A DNA stretch of 64,000 nt from Candidatus Woesearchaeota archaeon (GTDB taxonomy: Archaea > Nanobdellota > Nanobdellia > Woesearchaeales > GCA-023898365), in assembly GCA_023898365.1 (NCBI GenBank), contig CP060219.1, forward strand, positions 133,743 through 197,742. The letters are read 5' to 3'. This document shows, piece after piece, positions 37,795 through 47,300 of this stretch (position 1 is its first letter; each line of letters starts with the position of its first letter). Under the pieces are notes generated by a model. That model had not been told where the DNA came from, did no database searches, and was given only the letters and a program-made list of their open reading frames with translations. Made by a program: the position numbers and the translations under genes.

Positions 37795-39639
37795 CTATTT
37801 GTACTTCCTTAGCTTATGATTGATCTGCCTAGTCATCAACACGTTTGCTACATTGATCGCGATCAAAAACACCACGAGGCCAACATAGAACAATTCTCTT
37901 GTTCGCGTGCCAAGGACCGATCTCATCAAAATAGCTTCCGAACCACCAGCTCCATCAACTTTACGAGGGTCCAATCCTACAATGTAAAGTTCAGACGCAC
38001 GATAGTCACCGGATCCGTTTACCCAGTAACTCACATTCCAAGTCCTGTTATTGTATGACTCACTGATTGGACCAAGAGATGAGTTGTAAGGATTCTTCAA
38101 TGGAATATTCCATTGATGAGTCGTACCGTTAAACTCGGTGTTGGTAACGTTGGCGGACGCGTCTGGCGTTCTACTATACGTATAGTTGAATGGCGTGAAT
38201 TCTGAAGGCACGAAGTCGTAGACCGTGACCACTAAGTGTTGTGGCGTCCAGTCATTTCCAATGTTTTCAACTAAGATGTCAATGCGATATTGATCTTCGT
38301 ATGTTGAAACAACATCCTTATGCACTTCAAGCCAGTAGCCATTTACCACGTAGATGTACTTCATATAATAATCGTTGCCATTTCTCGTATATGTCGAGTT
38401 TAAAATTTGATTATAGGCGTTGATTATGTTGAAGTAAGGCAACATCCACACAACAGGTGGTGGAGAAGTTACCGGATCACTTCCGTCGGTAAAGTTAAAT
38501 TCCCATGCAGTGCTTAAGTAACCTGTTGACAAGTTGATTTCTTGATTTGGATACACCGTTGAGTTGAGTAATCCAAAGTCAGTCGTTCGGTTCGTCATAT
38601 TAAGCGTTGTTGTAACCCACATAGATAATTTTGTCAAGCGGTAAGCAATGTTAATTGGCGTGGTAACATTAGACCGCGCTTCCCACGTCACATTTGTATT
38701 GTTCTCATTATCTGCAGGCTGCACAATTCTTTTTGTTAAGTGATCATGTGCTTGCGCAGAAGCAATAACTGAATCTAAAGAGAGGTTAGATGCTAAATAG
38801 GAAATATTGTATCTAAGCGTCTCAGTGATTGCCTTGTACGTATCTGACGTTGGAACATTGTTTGGCGCAGTCACATTGTACTGAATCCAGACAGTTTCGC
38901 CAGGAACTAAGGTTCCTGCACTCGCTTGCCAATACCAACTCGTGTTACTTGTTCCATTCCCGTGGAGATTAGCAAAATCTCCAAGCTCGTAGAGTTCGTC
39001 AAGAGAGAACAAACTGTTTGTTCCATTCCATAAAATACCATTAACTTGGATAGAAATATTAATATCATTTACATTCTGGCCGACAGCTAAAACGTTGCTT
39101 GCTGATTGATTAACTTGCCAAGTGTGACCAGCAAGAACCTTCCTGTTAAATCCATGTTCGACATTTCCATAAGAAGTGTTAATATCTAATGGTGGTTGAA
39201 CTGAACCACAAGACATATTATAGTTAAACGTTGAAAAATTTCCTGCTCGAAGTTGAGGAATATGAACTTGAAAGACATCTCCTGGAGCAGAACCAAGAGT
39301 TTGCGAACCGTATCTTCCTGCAATGAGTGTGAAATTCGTACTCATTGTGTCCGTGTTCGAGAAGTTAATATAGATATCATCTACCGTGTCCGGACTTGGA
39401 TTAGTCACGTTGAGAATTCCAATGATCTCACATGTTGTCGTTGATTCCGTTAAATAAAAATTTTCTGCGTAGGTAACATTCTGATTGACTGTTTCAACCA
39501 ATGAAATGTTAATCCTTGTCGGAAGCGCTGAAGCCACCGACATAAATAGCAATCCTAACACTAAGAGAAAAATAGCTCGTCTCACCTTGGTCACCTTTGT
39601 ATATCTTTGAAAACGAATAGTTTCATGCGAGCAACACAC
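37795..39639 (-). CDS. Large N-glycosylation-sequon-rich surface protein with C-terminal TM anchor, 614 aa
   Basis: The protein has a signal peptide. More than 40 NxT/S sequons are present. The C-terminal TM LFYVGLVVFLIAINVANVLM is followed by a basic tail. Confidence 0.55.
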   Translation of the reverse strand: MCCSHETIRFQRYTKVTKVRRAIFLLVLGLLFMSVASALPTRINISLVETVNQNVTYAENFYLTESTTTCEIIGILNVTNPSPDTVDDIYINFSNTDTMSTNFTLIAGRYGSQTLGSAPGDVFQVHIPQLRAGNFSTFNYNMSCGSVQPPLDINTSYGNVEHGFNRKVLAGHTWQVNQSASNVLAVGQNVNDINISIQVNGILWNGTNSLFSLDELYELGDFANLHGNGTSNTSWYWQASAGTLVPGETVWIQYNVTAPNNVPTSDTYKAITETLRYNISYLASNLSLDSVIASAQAHDHLTKRIVQPADNENNTNVTWEARSNVTTPINIAYRLTKLSMWVTTTLNMTNRTTDFGLLNSTVYPNQEINLSTGYLSTAWEFNFTDGSDPVTSPPPVVWMLPYFNIINAYNQILNSTYTRNGNDYYMKYIYVVNGYWLEVHKDVVSTYEDQYRIDILVENIGNDWTPQHLVVTVYDFVPSEFTPFNYTYSRTPDASANVTNTEFNGTTHQWNIPLKNPYNSSLGPISESYNNRTWNVSYWVNGSGDYRASELYIVGLDPRKVDGAGGSEAILMRSVLGTRTRELFYVGLVVFLIAINVANVLMTRQINHKLRKYK

Positions 39640-39870
39640 CCTTGAAACCCACAGAGCTAAAAACCGAAGTTTTCATATATAAATGTTTCGAAAAAATGTC
39701 TGTTAGAATAGAAAAATCTGACATTTTTTGTTAGCACGTTTGAAGAGTAACGAAAAACTATGTAAAAAAATATTCAACAAAAACTTCTGCTTGAGAACAG
39801 TCACTAACATCACGTTCTATGACTGCATCTATAGCAAGACTTATAAAGTGGATTTATCCAAAATAGGTTC

Positions 39871-40800
39871 ATGGTTCATAGGAAACCAGCTGGTCCAAAA
39901 GGACTTGGGCTAGTTGTTATACTTTTCACGCTCTTCTTCTTAGTGGCAGTAATCCCTTTCACAACAAGCATTAGCGTTAATCCACAAGAAACAATAATTG
40001 AGCGGATTGACCAAGAAAATATCATTCGCATCAGCATCATCAATAATGATGTTGAAGTCCAAAACATTCAACTGCAAACGAGTCAAGAATCAAAGTATCT
40101 TGACAGACATTTTTCTATCAACCCAACATTATTCGGTCTTTCACCTGGCGAAACAAAAGTTATTGAAGTGCAACCAACAGACTTACTTTCTGTAACACCC
40201 GAAAAACATCATTTTTCCTTATTAGTAATCAGTGTTGACGAAGAAAATCAAGAGCAAACAATTAGTGGCGCAATCACCATTTATTTTACCAAAGAAGGAG
40301 ATCAACAACCTTCTCTTCATTTTGACAAACTTACCGTGGTGAGTTCTTCACCAGAAGAAATTGTTTACAGTGTAGATCTTCTTAACAATGGCAACATAAA
40401 TGATTGGATTAAGCCACGCGTTTCTTTATTTGACGAATCAAGAAATGAGGTGTTCTCTACAACGTATAAAAAACCATTTCTTCTTGAACCAAGCCAATCA
40501 ACGACTTTGACTCTCCCTCAGCAATTTAGTAGATTAGAAAGAGGAACCTATACACTTCGTGTTCAGATGATTTACAACGAAAATCTCTCCTCGCCGCTTC
40601 GAGAAGCGCAAATTACTATTAACCAAGAACGTGCAAGGACAACAGAAGGAAACGATTACTCAATCCCTCTGGTCATCTCTCTAGGTGTGCTCGGACTCTT
40701 AGGATTCATCTTGTATCGATACCGAGAATACATAAAAATCAAAGAAGAGCTTGAAAAAAAGCACAGCAACAAAGAAGGAACAAACACGAAGAAAAAATGA
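39871..40800 (+). CDS. Surface protein with N-terminal signal/anchor and C-terminal TM plus Lys-rich tail, 309 aa
   Basis: The N-terminus is RKPAGPKGLGLVVILFTLFFLVAVIPF. The C-terminal TM IPLVISLGVLGLLGFILY is followed by a KKHSNKEGTNTKKK tail. Confidence 0.5.
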   Translation: MVHRKPAGPKGLGLVVILFTLFFLVAVIPFTTSISVNPQETIIERIDQENIIRISIINNDVEVQNIQLQTSQESKYLDRHFSINPTLFGLSPGETKVIEVQPTDLLSVTPEKHHFSLLVISVDEENQEQTISGAITIYFTKEGDQQPSLHFDKLTVVSSSPEEIVYSVDLLNNGNINDWIKPRVSLFDESRNEVFSTTYKKPFLLEPSQSTTLTLPQQFSRLERGTYTLRVQMIYNENLSSPLREAQITINQERARTTEGNDYSIPLVISLGVLGLLGFILYRYREYIKIKEELEKKHSNKEGTNTKKK

Positions 40801-42188
40801 AACGCGTAATTATTTTCATTTCTGTTGCGATAGTGATTTCGCTTATCTTCCTCTTTCCAAAACAAAGTGATGGATGCGATTGCGCAGGATCATTACTCTC
40901 AAAAGAAACCTTATGTCTTGGCATTCCTCTTTGTCAGGAAACGATTGTGGCGGCTCCAGAAAAAGAACCAACAGCTATTGATCAAACAACCAGTATTCCA
41001 AACAGTAGCAATACGACTTCCGTACTGCAGAACTCCACTATCAGTAATACCACAAATCAAAATCAGTCGCAAGCTGTTGAGCTAGTCACTGAGAACCCTG
41101 TTTCCACTTCATCCAACACAAGTTCAAATGAATCACTGGTGTGTTCCGCTGATTGCGCAACAATTCGTGAACTGCTCAAAGCAACAGAGCTTGGCACGTA
41201 CGAACAATTTTCAAATTACACGTATAGTAACAATGAGCGAGAAGCAATTGTGCTTGCCATCGACACGTCTGAAAGCATGCAGCGTAGAATCGGACATGCA
41301 AAAGAAGCAGCAAAACAACTTATCGATCTCATCGGCTATGAAGATAGCGTTCTCATTCTCTCATTTGATCAAGAAACAAAAATTTCGTATGGGTTTACGA
41401 ACGACAAAACAGTGCTCAAGAGCCAAATCGATGCATTGACGGTAGGTCTTGGCACTGACGGGTATGAGTTATTTAGAAAAACAAATCTTGTCTTAAACAC
41501 ATTTGACGCGCCAGTAAAAAAACTCATCGTTATTACTGATGGTATTTTTTGGGATGATGGCACAAACCAAACTGCAATTGAAGCTGCACAAGCCACGTAC
41601 TGCATAAATATTATTACTCAAGGTGTTGATATCCTCAAGGATAAAAACAAAGAAAAGCGGATCAAGAATCTAGTAAATGCATGTGGCAGTTATTATTACA
41701 GCCCAGAAACCCCTGAAGAATTGTTTACTCTTATGAATTTGATTTATCACGAAATTGAAGAAGGGTCAAACGAGTTATCCCTTCGCATCAAACTATCACA
41801 TGACCTGGTTGCAAAAAATGAAAATGTAACCATTTCTAGTCTTGCATTCTCCTCATACACAGGCATGGTCTTGCCGTTTTCAAACGACGCATACTGTATT
41901 GAAGCGCCCATTATTACTCTAAATACAAAGGAGTTGTCGACGAAAGGGAGCTGGCAAGAACTATCAACCAACGATCTTATTCCAGGAGAAAACATTCTTG
42001 TTTTACATGCCAAGATCCCCGGATGCAATATTGTAGGTTCAAAAGAATTTGAAGTTATCGTACAGCGAAACAAAGATTATGATTTCCTCACCGTTCTATT
42101 CATTCTCCTTCTGGTTGGGAGCAGCAGTTATTTCTTTATCAAACCAAAACATGTTCGCGCAGTTAAGTTGTTCTTCGGGTTTAAATAA
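40797..42188 (+). CDS. von Willebrand factor A (vWA) domain surface protein with MIDAS motif, 463 aa
   Basis: The protein has a signal peptide and an S/T/N-rich linker. The segment AIVLAIDTSESMQRRIGHAKEAAKQLIDLIG...VLILSFDQET contains a DxSxS MIDAS motif. A C-terminal TM is present. The gene makes a 4-nt overlap with the upstream gene. Confidence 0.65.
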   Translation: MKRVIIFISVAIVISLIFLFPKQSDGCDCAGSLLSKETLCLGIPLCQETIVAAPEKEPTAIDQTTSIPNSSNTTSVLQNSTISNTTNQNQSQAVELVTENPVSTSSNTSSNESLVCSADCATIRELLKATELGTYEQFSNYTYSNNEREAIVLAIDTSESMQRRIGHAKEAAKQLIDLIGYEDSVLILSFDQETKISYGFTNDKTVLKSQIDALTVGLGTDGYELFRKTNLVLNTFDAPVKKLIVITDGIFWDDGTNQTAIEAAQATYCINIITQGVDILKDKNKEKRIKNLVNACGSYYYSPETPEELFTLMNLIYHEIEEGSNELSLRIKLSHDLVAKNENVTISSLAFSSYTGMVLPFSNDAYCIEAPIITLNTKELSTKGSWQELSTNDLIPGENILVLHAKIPGCNIVGSKEFEVIVQRNKDYDFLTVLFILLLVGSSSYFFIKPKHVRAVKLFFGFK

Positions 42189-42379
42189 AAGCAATAAACA
42201 GTCTTTCATAAGAGGAAGCGAACTCTCGCAGTGCTCGTTTTTTCACAAAGAATCATTCTCTTACCAAACAAAAAGCTAATTGCGCAAAAGATAGGAAAAT
42301 CATCAAAAGAAAAACACATGAAGAGATAAACACGTGAAGAACTTAAAAAAAACACTATTAAAAAAATATACGATCGCTC

Positions 42380-43753
42380 TTAACTCATTTTTACTGGCCA
42401 GACATACTCCAATTCCTGATTGATCGCTTCAGGAGCAGTAACAACCACTTCTTCAGTTGTGCCTGTTCTTGGAATAAGTCGAATATCAAATGATTCGCCG
42501 CCTTCAATCGAAGAAGGTAAACGGAAATGTATTTTGATGACGTCATCTTCATGAACTGAACCAAGTGAATAATCAGGTCCACGTTTTGCATAGGTTACTG
42601 CGAACGTTCCTTGACCCACAGAAGGAGGTGAAACTGTAAACGTGTCGCCCGCATCAATAGTACGCTTAGCAGTCGTCAGACCATACGTTTCTAAATAACC
42701 TGCAGGATCACCAGCAAGCGTAGTAAAAGACGTCCTTGACTTGTCAAAGGTTGCACCAATCGAAGAAATATCTCCTCCTAAAGGAACGGCGACACCTTCT
42801 GTTGAGTTATATTGCACAGAAACATTTCCATCCGATGAGAAGAAAAAGATAGCGTGCGACTCATTCAAACCCATCCACTCATACTCTTGATCGTTATCAT
42901 GATCATTAGCTAAATAGTAAGGATTCCTAAATAGATGCACTTGATTTGCGTTAATGCCGTTCGAGTTGTTGTTTTTTCCAAAAATAGAAATTAGCCCATA
43001 TCCGGATATGTTTGTTAAAAAGTTTCCAAACTGACCCCCGCCAGAACCGATAAGTCGAACGCCACCAGATGCATTAACAGGCCTCACGTACTGAATTCCT
43101 GCACTGGAGACATTGATCATGAGCCATCTTGTTCTCGAAGCTTGACCAAAGCAAGGATTCGTGGCAAGATTTCCAACATCACTTCGACAAGATCTCGCAG
43201 TTTCATTGATGCCATCGCCGTCAATATCCACATTCAGATTGACAAAGGCAAAAAATCCAATTTGCACTTTATTTGTCCCATAAAAAGGAGCATGAAGTTC
43301 ATCAAATTCTTGATCAGAATAAATAGTATACCCCGTAAATGAGTACGCAGCCTCAGCATCAACACCAGCATATTGATAGGAAGATGACGCATCGCTTGCA
43401 CCCGCCAGAATAGTGAGTTGACTTAGTGACATAATATCAGAACCAGGAGTTAAGTGAGCTACAACTTGGACATCTTCCAAATAACTGTCCGTACCATCAG
43501 TAGCAGTAATTTCGGTAACCAGTAAGTGCGAAGCAACATTTGAGTTCACAGAATTTCCCGCTTGGATGGTAGTTTCTTGAAACGACCCACTCGTTCGAAT
43601 TATAACTAATGAAACAAATCCAGCAATAATTATCATAGACAAGACGACAAGCACTAATCCGAGACCAGCAACAGCTCGCTTTCCAACCATTGGACTACAC
43701 CCCACGATAATTCGTAAGTTGCACAATTTATAAAACTTCTCATTTAAGGACAT
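42380..43753 (-). CDS. Archaeal type IV pilin/archaellin-like protein with class III-type signal (probable start at the Met of MVGKRAVAG, about 43690)
   Basis: The N-terminus MVGKRAVAGLGLVLVVLSMIIIAGFVSLVII closely parallels archaellin/pilin prepeptides (…[20 protein letters not shown]…). A DIDGDGINE Ca-binding-like motif follows. The remainder is beta-rich. Confidence 0.5.
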   Translation of the reverse strand: MSLNEKFYKLCNLRIIVGCSPMVGKRAVAGLGLVLVVLSMIIIAGFVSLVIIRTSGSFQETTIQAGNSVNSNVASHLLVTEITATDGTDSYLEDVQVVAHLTPGSDIMSLSQLTILAGASDASSSYQYAGVDAEAAYSFTGYTIYSDQEFDELHAPFYGTNKVQIGFFAFVNLNVDIDGDGINETARSCRSDVGNLATNPCFGQASRTRWLMINVSSAGIQYVRPVNASGGVRLIGSGGGQFGNFLTNISGYGLISIFGKNNNSNGINANQVHLFRNPYYLANDHDNDQEYEWMGLNESHAIFFFSSDGNVSVQYNSTEGVAVPLGGDISSIGATFDKSRTSFTTLAGDPAGYLETYGLTTAKRTIDAGDTFTVSPPSVGQGTFAVTYAKRGPDYSLGSVHEDDVIKIHFRLPSSIEGGESFDIRLIPRTGTTEEVVVTAPEAINQELEYVWPVKMS

Positions 43754-43818
43754 GCTGGCAAGTTGAAGAAATAGTAAAAAACAAAACTATATAAAACAAA
43801 GTTTTTGTGCTTTAACCA

Positions 43819-44274
43819 ATGAAAATAAGCAAAGAAGTCATAAACAAAGCCGTTGGTGTCAAAGAGAGCTCCTGGCTAATTTCAGAACTCGAACTCTATG
43901 ACATTGATGGTGAAACAGAAGAAGAACTTCGTACGCAAGTTATTGAACACATTATTGAATATCTCGAAGATGTAAGCAAAATAGTAGTAGAAGTTGCCCA
44001 TCCTGAAAACATCACTTCGATGGAAGAAAGCGCTTGTTTTGCTGAAGAAGATATGCAAGAAGTAGACCTTCTGTTTAGAGACGTACATTATTTGCTGCGA
44101 AAGGCACAACGCATAAGGTACCTTCAAAATAAAGAGGAACTTTCTTCCTATCTTCTTGAATTTGAAACGAATTGGAAAGAACATAAAAAAACGTTCATAA
44201 CAATGCTTTCAAAACTCGAGAACTGCTGGAAAGAAAAAAAATCCATGCAAAAAACGGGTGCGTATTTTATATGA
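43819..44274 (+). CDS. Hypothetical acidic cytoplasmic protein, 151 aa, co-transcribed with adk
   Basis: It makes a 4-nt ATGA overlap with adk. No motif was recognised. Confidence 0.4.
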   Translation: MKISKEVINKAVGVKESSWLISELELYDIDGETEEELRTQVIEHIIEYLEDVSKIVVEVAHPENITSMEESACFAEEDMQEVDLLFRDVHYLLRKAQRIRYLQNKEELSSYLLEFETNWKEHKKTFITMLSKLENCWKEKKSMQKTGAYFI

Positions 44275-44804
44275 ACATCATCATTTTTGGGAAACAAGGA
44301 TGTGGCAAAGGAACACAGGCAGCCAAACTTGCGCAAAAATTTGGCATCCCCGCAGTTTCTGTTGGCAACCGACTGCGAGAACTCGTCGCTTCTGGAAGTG
44401 AATTGGGTTTGAAGTTAAAGTCGTACATGGACAAAGGAGAACTCGTTCCTTTTGAAATCAACGTTGCCATTGTTAAGGAACTTATTGATACGCATCCGCA
44501 AGGCATGATTCTAGATGGATTTCCAAGAAATAAAGAACAAGCAGCGTGGCTTGCAAAAGAATGGCAGGTTGACGTCGTTATCGAATTAGAGATATCAGAC
44601 GAAGAAGCTATACGAAGAATTCTTGAACGAGCAGCGATTGAACATCGAAGCGATGACACCCCTGAAGTCATTCAAAAGCGCCTTGACATCTATCATCATG
44701 AAACCGAGCCTCTAAAACATTTACTTTCTGCAAAAAAAATAATAATCATTGATGGTTCTGGCAGCATTGAAGCAGTATTTGAACAAATTTGCAAGAAACT
44801 CTAA
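44271..44804 (+). CDS. adk: Adenylate kinase, short type without zinc LID
   Basis: The P-loop GKQGCGKGTQ, the NMP-binding DGFPRN motif and RSDD are present. The protein is 177 aa. Confidence 0.85.
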   Translation: MNIIIFGKQGCGKGTQAAKLAQKFGIPAVSVGNRLRELVASGSELGLKLKSYMDKGELVPFEINVAIVKELIDTHPQGMILDGFPRNKEQAAWLAKEWQVDVVIELEISDEEAIRRILERAAIEHRSDDTPEVIQKRLDIYHHETEPLKHLLSAKKIIIIDGSGSIEAVFEQICKKL

Positions 44805-44812
44805 ACGTGCAG

Positions 44813-45682
44813 TTAAACGCCAACAAATTTTCTTAACAGCAAACCAAAGAGGAAGCTAATGCAAGCAACACCCAGTGAAATTACAGCCATTTCTACAAAC
44901 CGTCTCCAAAACGAAAGTCCTTTTGCAGTTGTAATGTAAAAGGTGTAGAGTGAAATGATCAAGAGCACGACTCCAATCATGACACCAATAGCAACAAAGA
45001 CGTCAAAAAGCACATACGGCAAAATAAGCAAAACCACGGTTACCACGTACGCGATGCCCGTATACATTGCACCTTTAAGCGGAGCTTTTCCAACAATATC
45101 TTCTTCTCGCGTTGAAAGATAACCTGAGGCTGCCATCGAAAGTGATGCGGCAAAGCCAGTGATCGCCCCCGTAATAGCAATAAGTTTAGCATCACGAAGT
45201 GCAATAGAAAAACCAACAAGAGCTGCAGAAATTTCAACTAGCGCATCATTAAGTCCAAGCACGACAGAACTTGCGTAGACGAGACGCTCATCTGAAAGCA
45301 TGCCAATCAAGAGTCGTTCGTGTTTTTCCTCGTCTTTAATGATGGCTTTTGCTTTCGTGAATTGTTTAACGCGTTCCTTATAAAATTTTGTCGCACCAAC
45401 TTCTAAACTCTCCATGAAACGAAGAGCGAACGAAACACCAAAAAGAGACGCGAAGAACAAAATCATACATTTTCTGAAACGCAAAGGAGCCACATCGATT
45501 TTCGAATACGATTTCCAAAACGCGTAATGATGTTGTTCATCCTTTGCAATGGTAAGAAGAATTTTTTTATTCTTAGGATCCTTTTCTTTTCGAGCAAGAG
45601 CTTCGTACACCTGCAAGTCAGTGAGTTCTGCACGCTGCGCTTTATGCACAAAAACTAAGGAATCTTGATCCATGGAAGGCAA
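44813..45682 (-). CDS. VIT1/CCC1-family iron/manganese transporter with N-terminal ferritin-like domain
   Basis: The N-terminal ferritin/rubrerythrin-like helices (EALARKEKDPKNKKILLTIAKDEQHHYAFW) are followed by about 5 TM segments typical of VIT1. Confidence 0.65.
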   Translation of the reverse strand: MPSMDQDSLVFVHKAQRAELTDLQVYEALARKEKDPKNKKILLTIAKDEQHHYAFWKSYSKIDVAPLRFRKCMILFFASLFGVSFALRFMESLEVGATKFYKERVKQFTKAKAIIKDEEKHERLLIGMLSDERLVYASSVVLGLNDALVEISAALVGFSIALRDAKLIAITGAITGFAASLSMAASGYLSTREEDIVGKAPLKGAMYTGIAYVVTVVLLILPYVLFDVFVAIGVMIGVVLLIISLYTFYITTAKGLSFWRRFVEMAVISLGVACISFLFGLLLRKFVGV

Positions 45683-45722
45683 AGAGAGAAGTTGTTTTAT
45701 AAAAACTTTGAAAATGAAAACA

Positions 45723-47132
45723 CTATTTTTTTAGACGATCGAATTCGACTTCGCTGACCGCCTTAGCAGAAATTCCTCTTTTTTGTAAAGCTCGCTCAAC
45801 AGTAAACGACTTATACCCTCCCTTGCAAATAATAAGGTACGATTTCTTTTTATCAAAATCATCAAGCTCGTCAAGAATTTCTGGGAACGAACGCACTTCA
45901 AAAGAAGCGCCGAATTTGAGTACTTTTGCATCAGTTCGCAAATCAATAATCGCTAAATCAGCAAGCGAAGTAAAAGATAATGTTTCTTCATACAACCCAG
46001 CAAAAGTAAGTGACTCGAGGATGAGTTTCTTTGCACGAGCACGAAACGAAGGAATGTGCTCTTCGTCTTTCTCTTTTGGAGACGTTGCAACAGGACCTTC
46101 AGAAAGAGAACAATGTTCCTGAACATGTTCTGAGTACGTAAACGTTCCCGCCCATCTGGCCAGAGCAATAATATCTTGCTTGTTTTGTGTGAGAAGCGGA
46201 CGAAATACAGGAACAGGAAATTTCTTTTGAATAAACGCAAGACTCGCACCCGTCTGACTCGATTTTTGGCTGAGCACTTCACCCGTTGCAAGCGCAACAT
46301 ACGCATGCTGAGTAATAAGAATGGCAGAAAGTTCATACAGAAAACGTTTAAACGCGATTTGTCGAAAACGGGAAGGAACAGCAGACGTAATTTCTTCAGC
46401 TACAACAGAAGCATCCACAATAAAGAGTTTTGGCTTGTAATTAAAACAAAAAGTATCAACAAGATAATTATAGCCACGCGCAACCTCTTCACGCTGCGCA
46501 TCACCAGCCGTTTGTACAAATAAAAAATCGATAAGAAAACCACGCTTCAACAATTCAATCGCGGCAACAGGACTATCAATCCCACCAGAATACAAGAGCA
46601 AGAGTTTCTCTCCGCTACCAGGAGGAAGACCGCCAAGCCCCCGTTCTTGAGAAGCATACACAAAACACTCCGATTGACGCACCTCAACAAAAATAGTCAC
46701 TTCAGGCGTGTGTAAATCAACACCTGCACTTGCTTTGTAAAGCTTTGCGCCAAGCTCCTTTGCAACATCATCAGAAGAAAACTCGTGTTTACCAGTCCTT
46801 GACTTCACCCGCACACGAAACTTCTTGTTTGCAACCAAAGGAAGGCCAAAACGAGTAGCTTGCATAAGCAACTCATCAAGCGAAGCAAATGAAAACGAGA
46901 AAGCAGGAGACAAACTGGCAACAGCAGGCACAAACTTACACGCTTGAAGAACCTCATCAGGAGAAGAAGAATAAATAATAAAACGACCACCGAAATTCTT
47001 AATCCGACCCTTCACACCCTTTCTGCGAAGCGCATCCCTTAGCGCAAACACGTATTTGCGCTCAAAAATCATTCTCGCACCACGGCTCTTAATACCGAGC
47101 TCATCATAGCGAAGGAGGACTGCGTTAATCAT
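45723..47132 (-). CDS. thiI: tRNA 4-thiouridine synthase ThiI with C-terminal rhodanese domain
   Basis: A THUMP-like N-terminus and the PP-loop SGGIDSPVAA are present. The C-terminal rhodanese segment contains the Cys in LIICKGGYKS. Confidence 0.85.
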   Translation of the reverse strand: MINAVLLRYDELGIKSRGARMIFERKYVFALRDALRRKGVKGRIKNFGGRFIIYSSSPDEVLQACKFVPAVASLSPAFSFSFASLDELLMQATRFGLPLVANKKFRVRVKSRTGKHEFSSDDVAKELGAKLYKASAGVDLHTPEVTIFVEVRQSECFVYASQERGLGGLPPGSGEKLLLLYSGGIDSPVAAIELLKRGFLIDFLFVQTAGDAQREEVARGYNYLVDTFCFNYKPKLFIVDASVVAEEITSAVPSRFRQIAFKRFLYELSAILITQHAYVALATGEVLSQKSSQTGASLAFIQKKFPVPVFRPLLTQNKQDIIALARWAGTFTYSEHVQEHCSLSEGPVATSPKEKDEEHIPSFRARAKKLILESLTFAGLYEETLSFTSLADLAIIDLRTDAKVLKFGASFEVRSFPEILDELDDFDKKKSYLIICKGGYKSFTVERALQKRGISAKAVSEVEFDRLKK

Positions 47133-47300
47133 AAGAAAAGAGAAGTTCCGACCACTTTATAATTATTCCCCAATAACTTTTACTAAGACACGTTTCTTTC
47201 GTTGACCGTCGAATTCCGATAATCAGCATACCAGAGGATTCATTAATACAGAAAAACACATATGAACACCTATTAAAGATAAGCTTATCTTAAGCAGATA

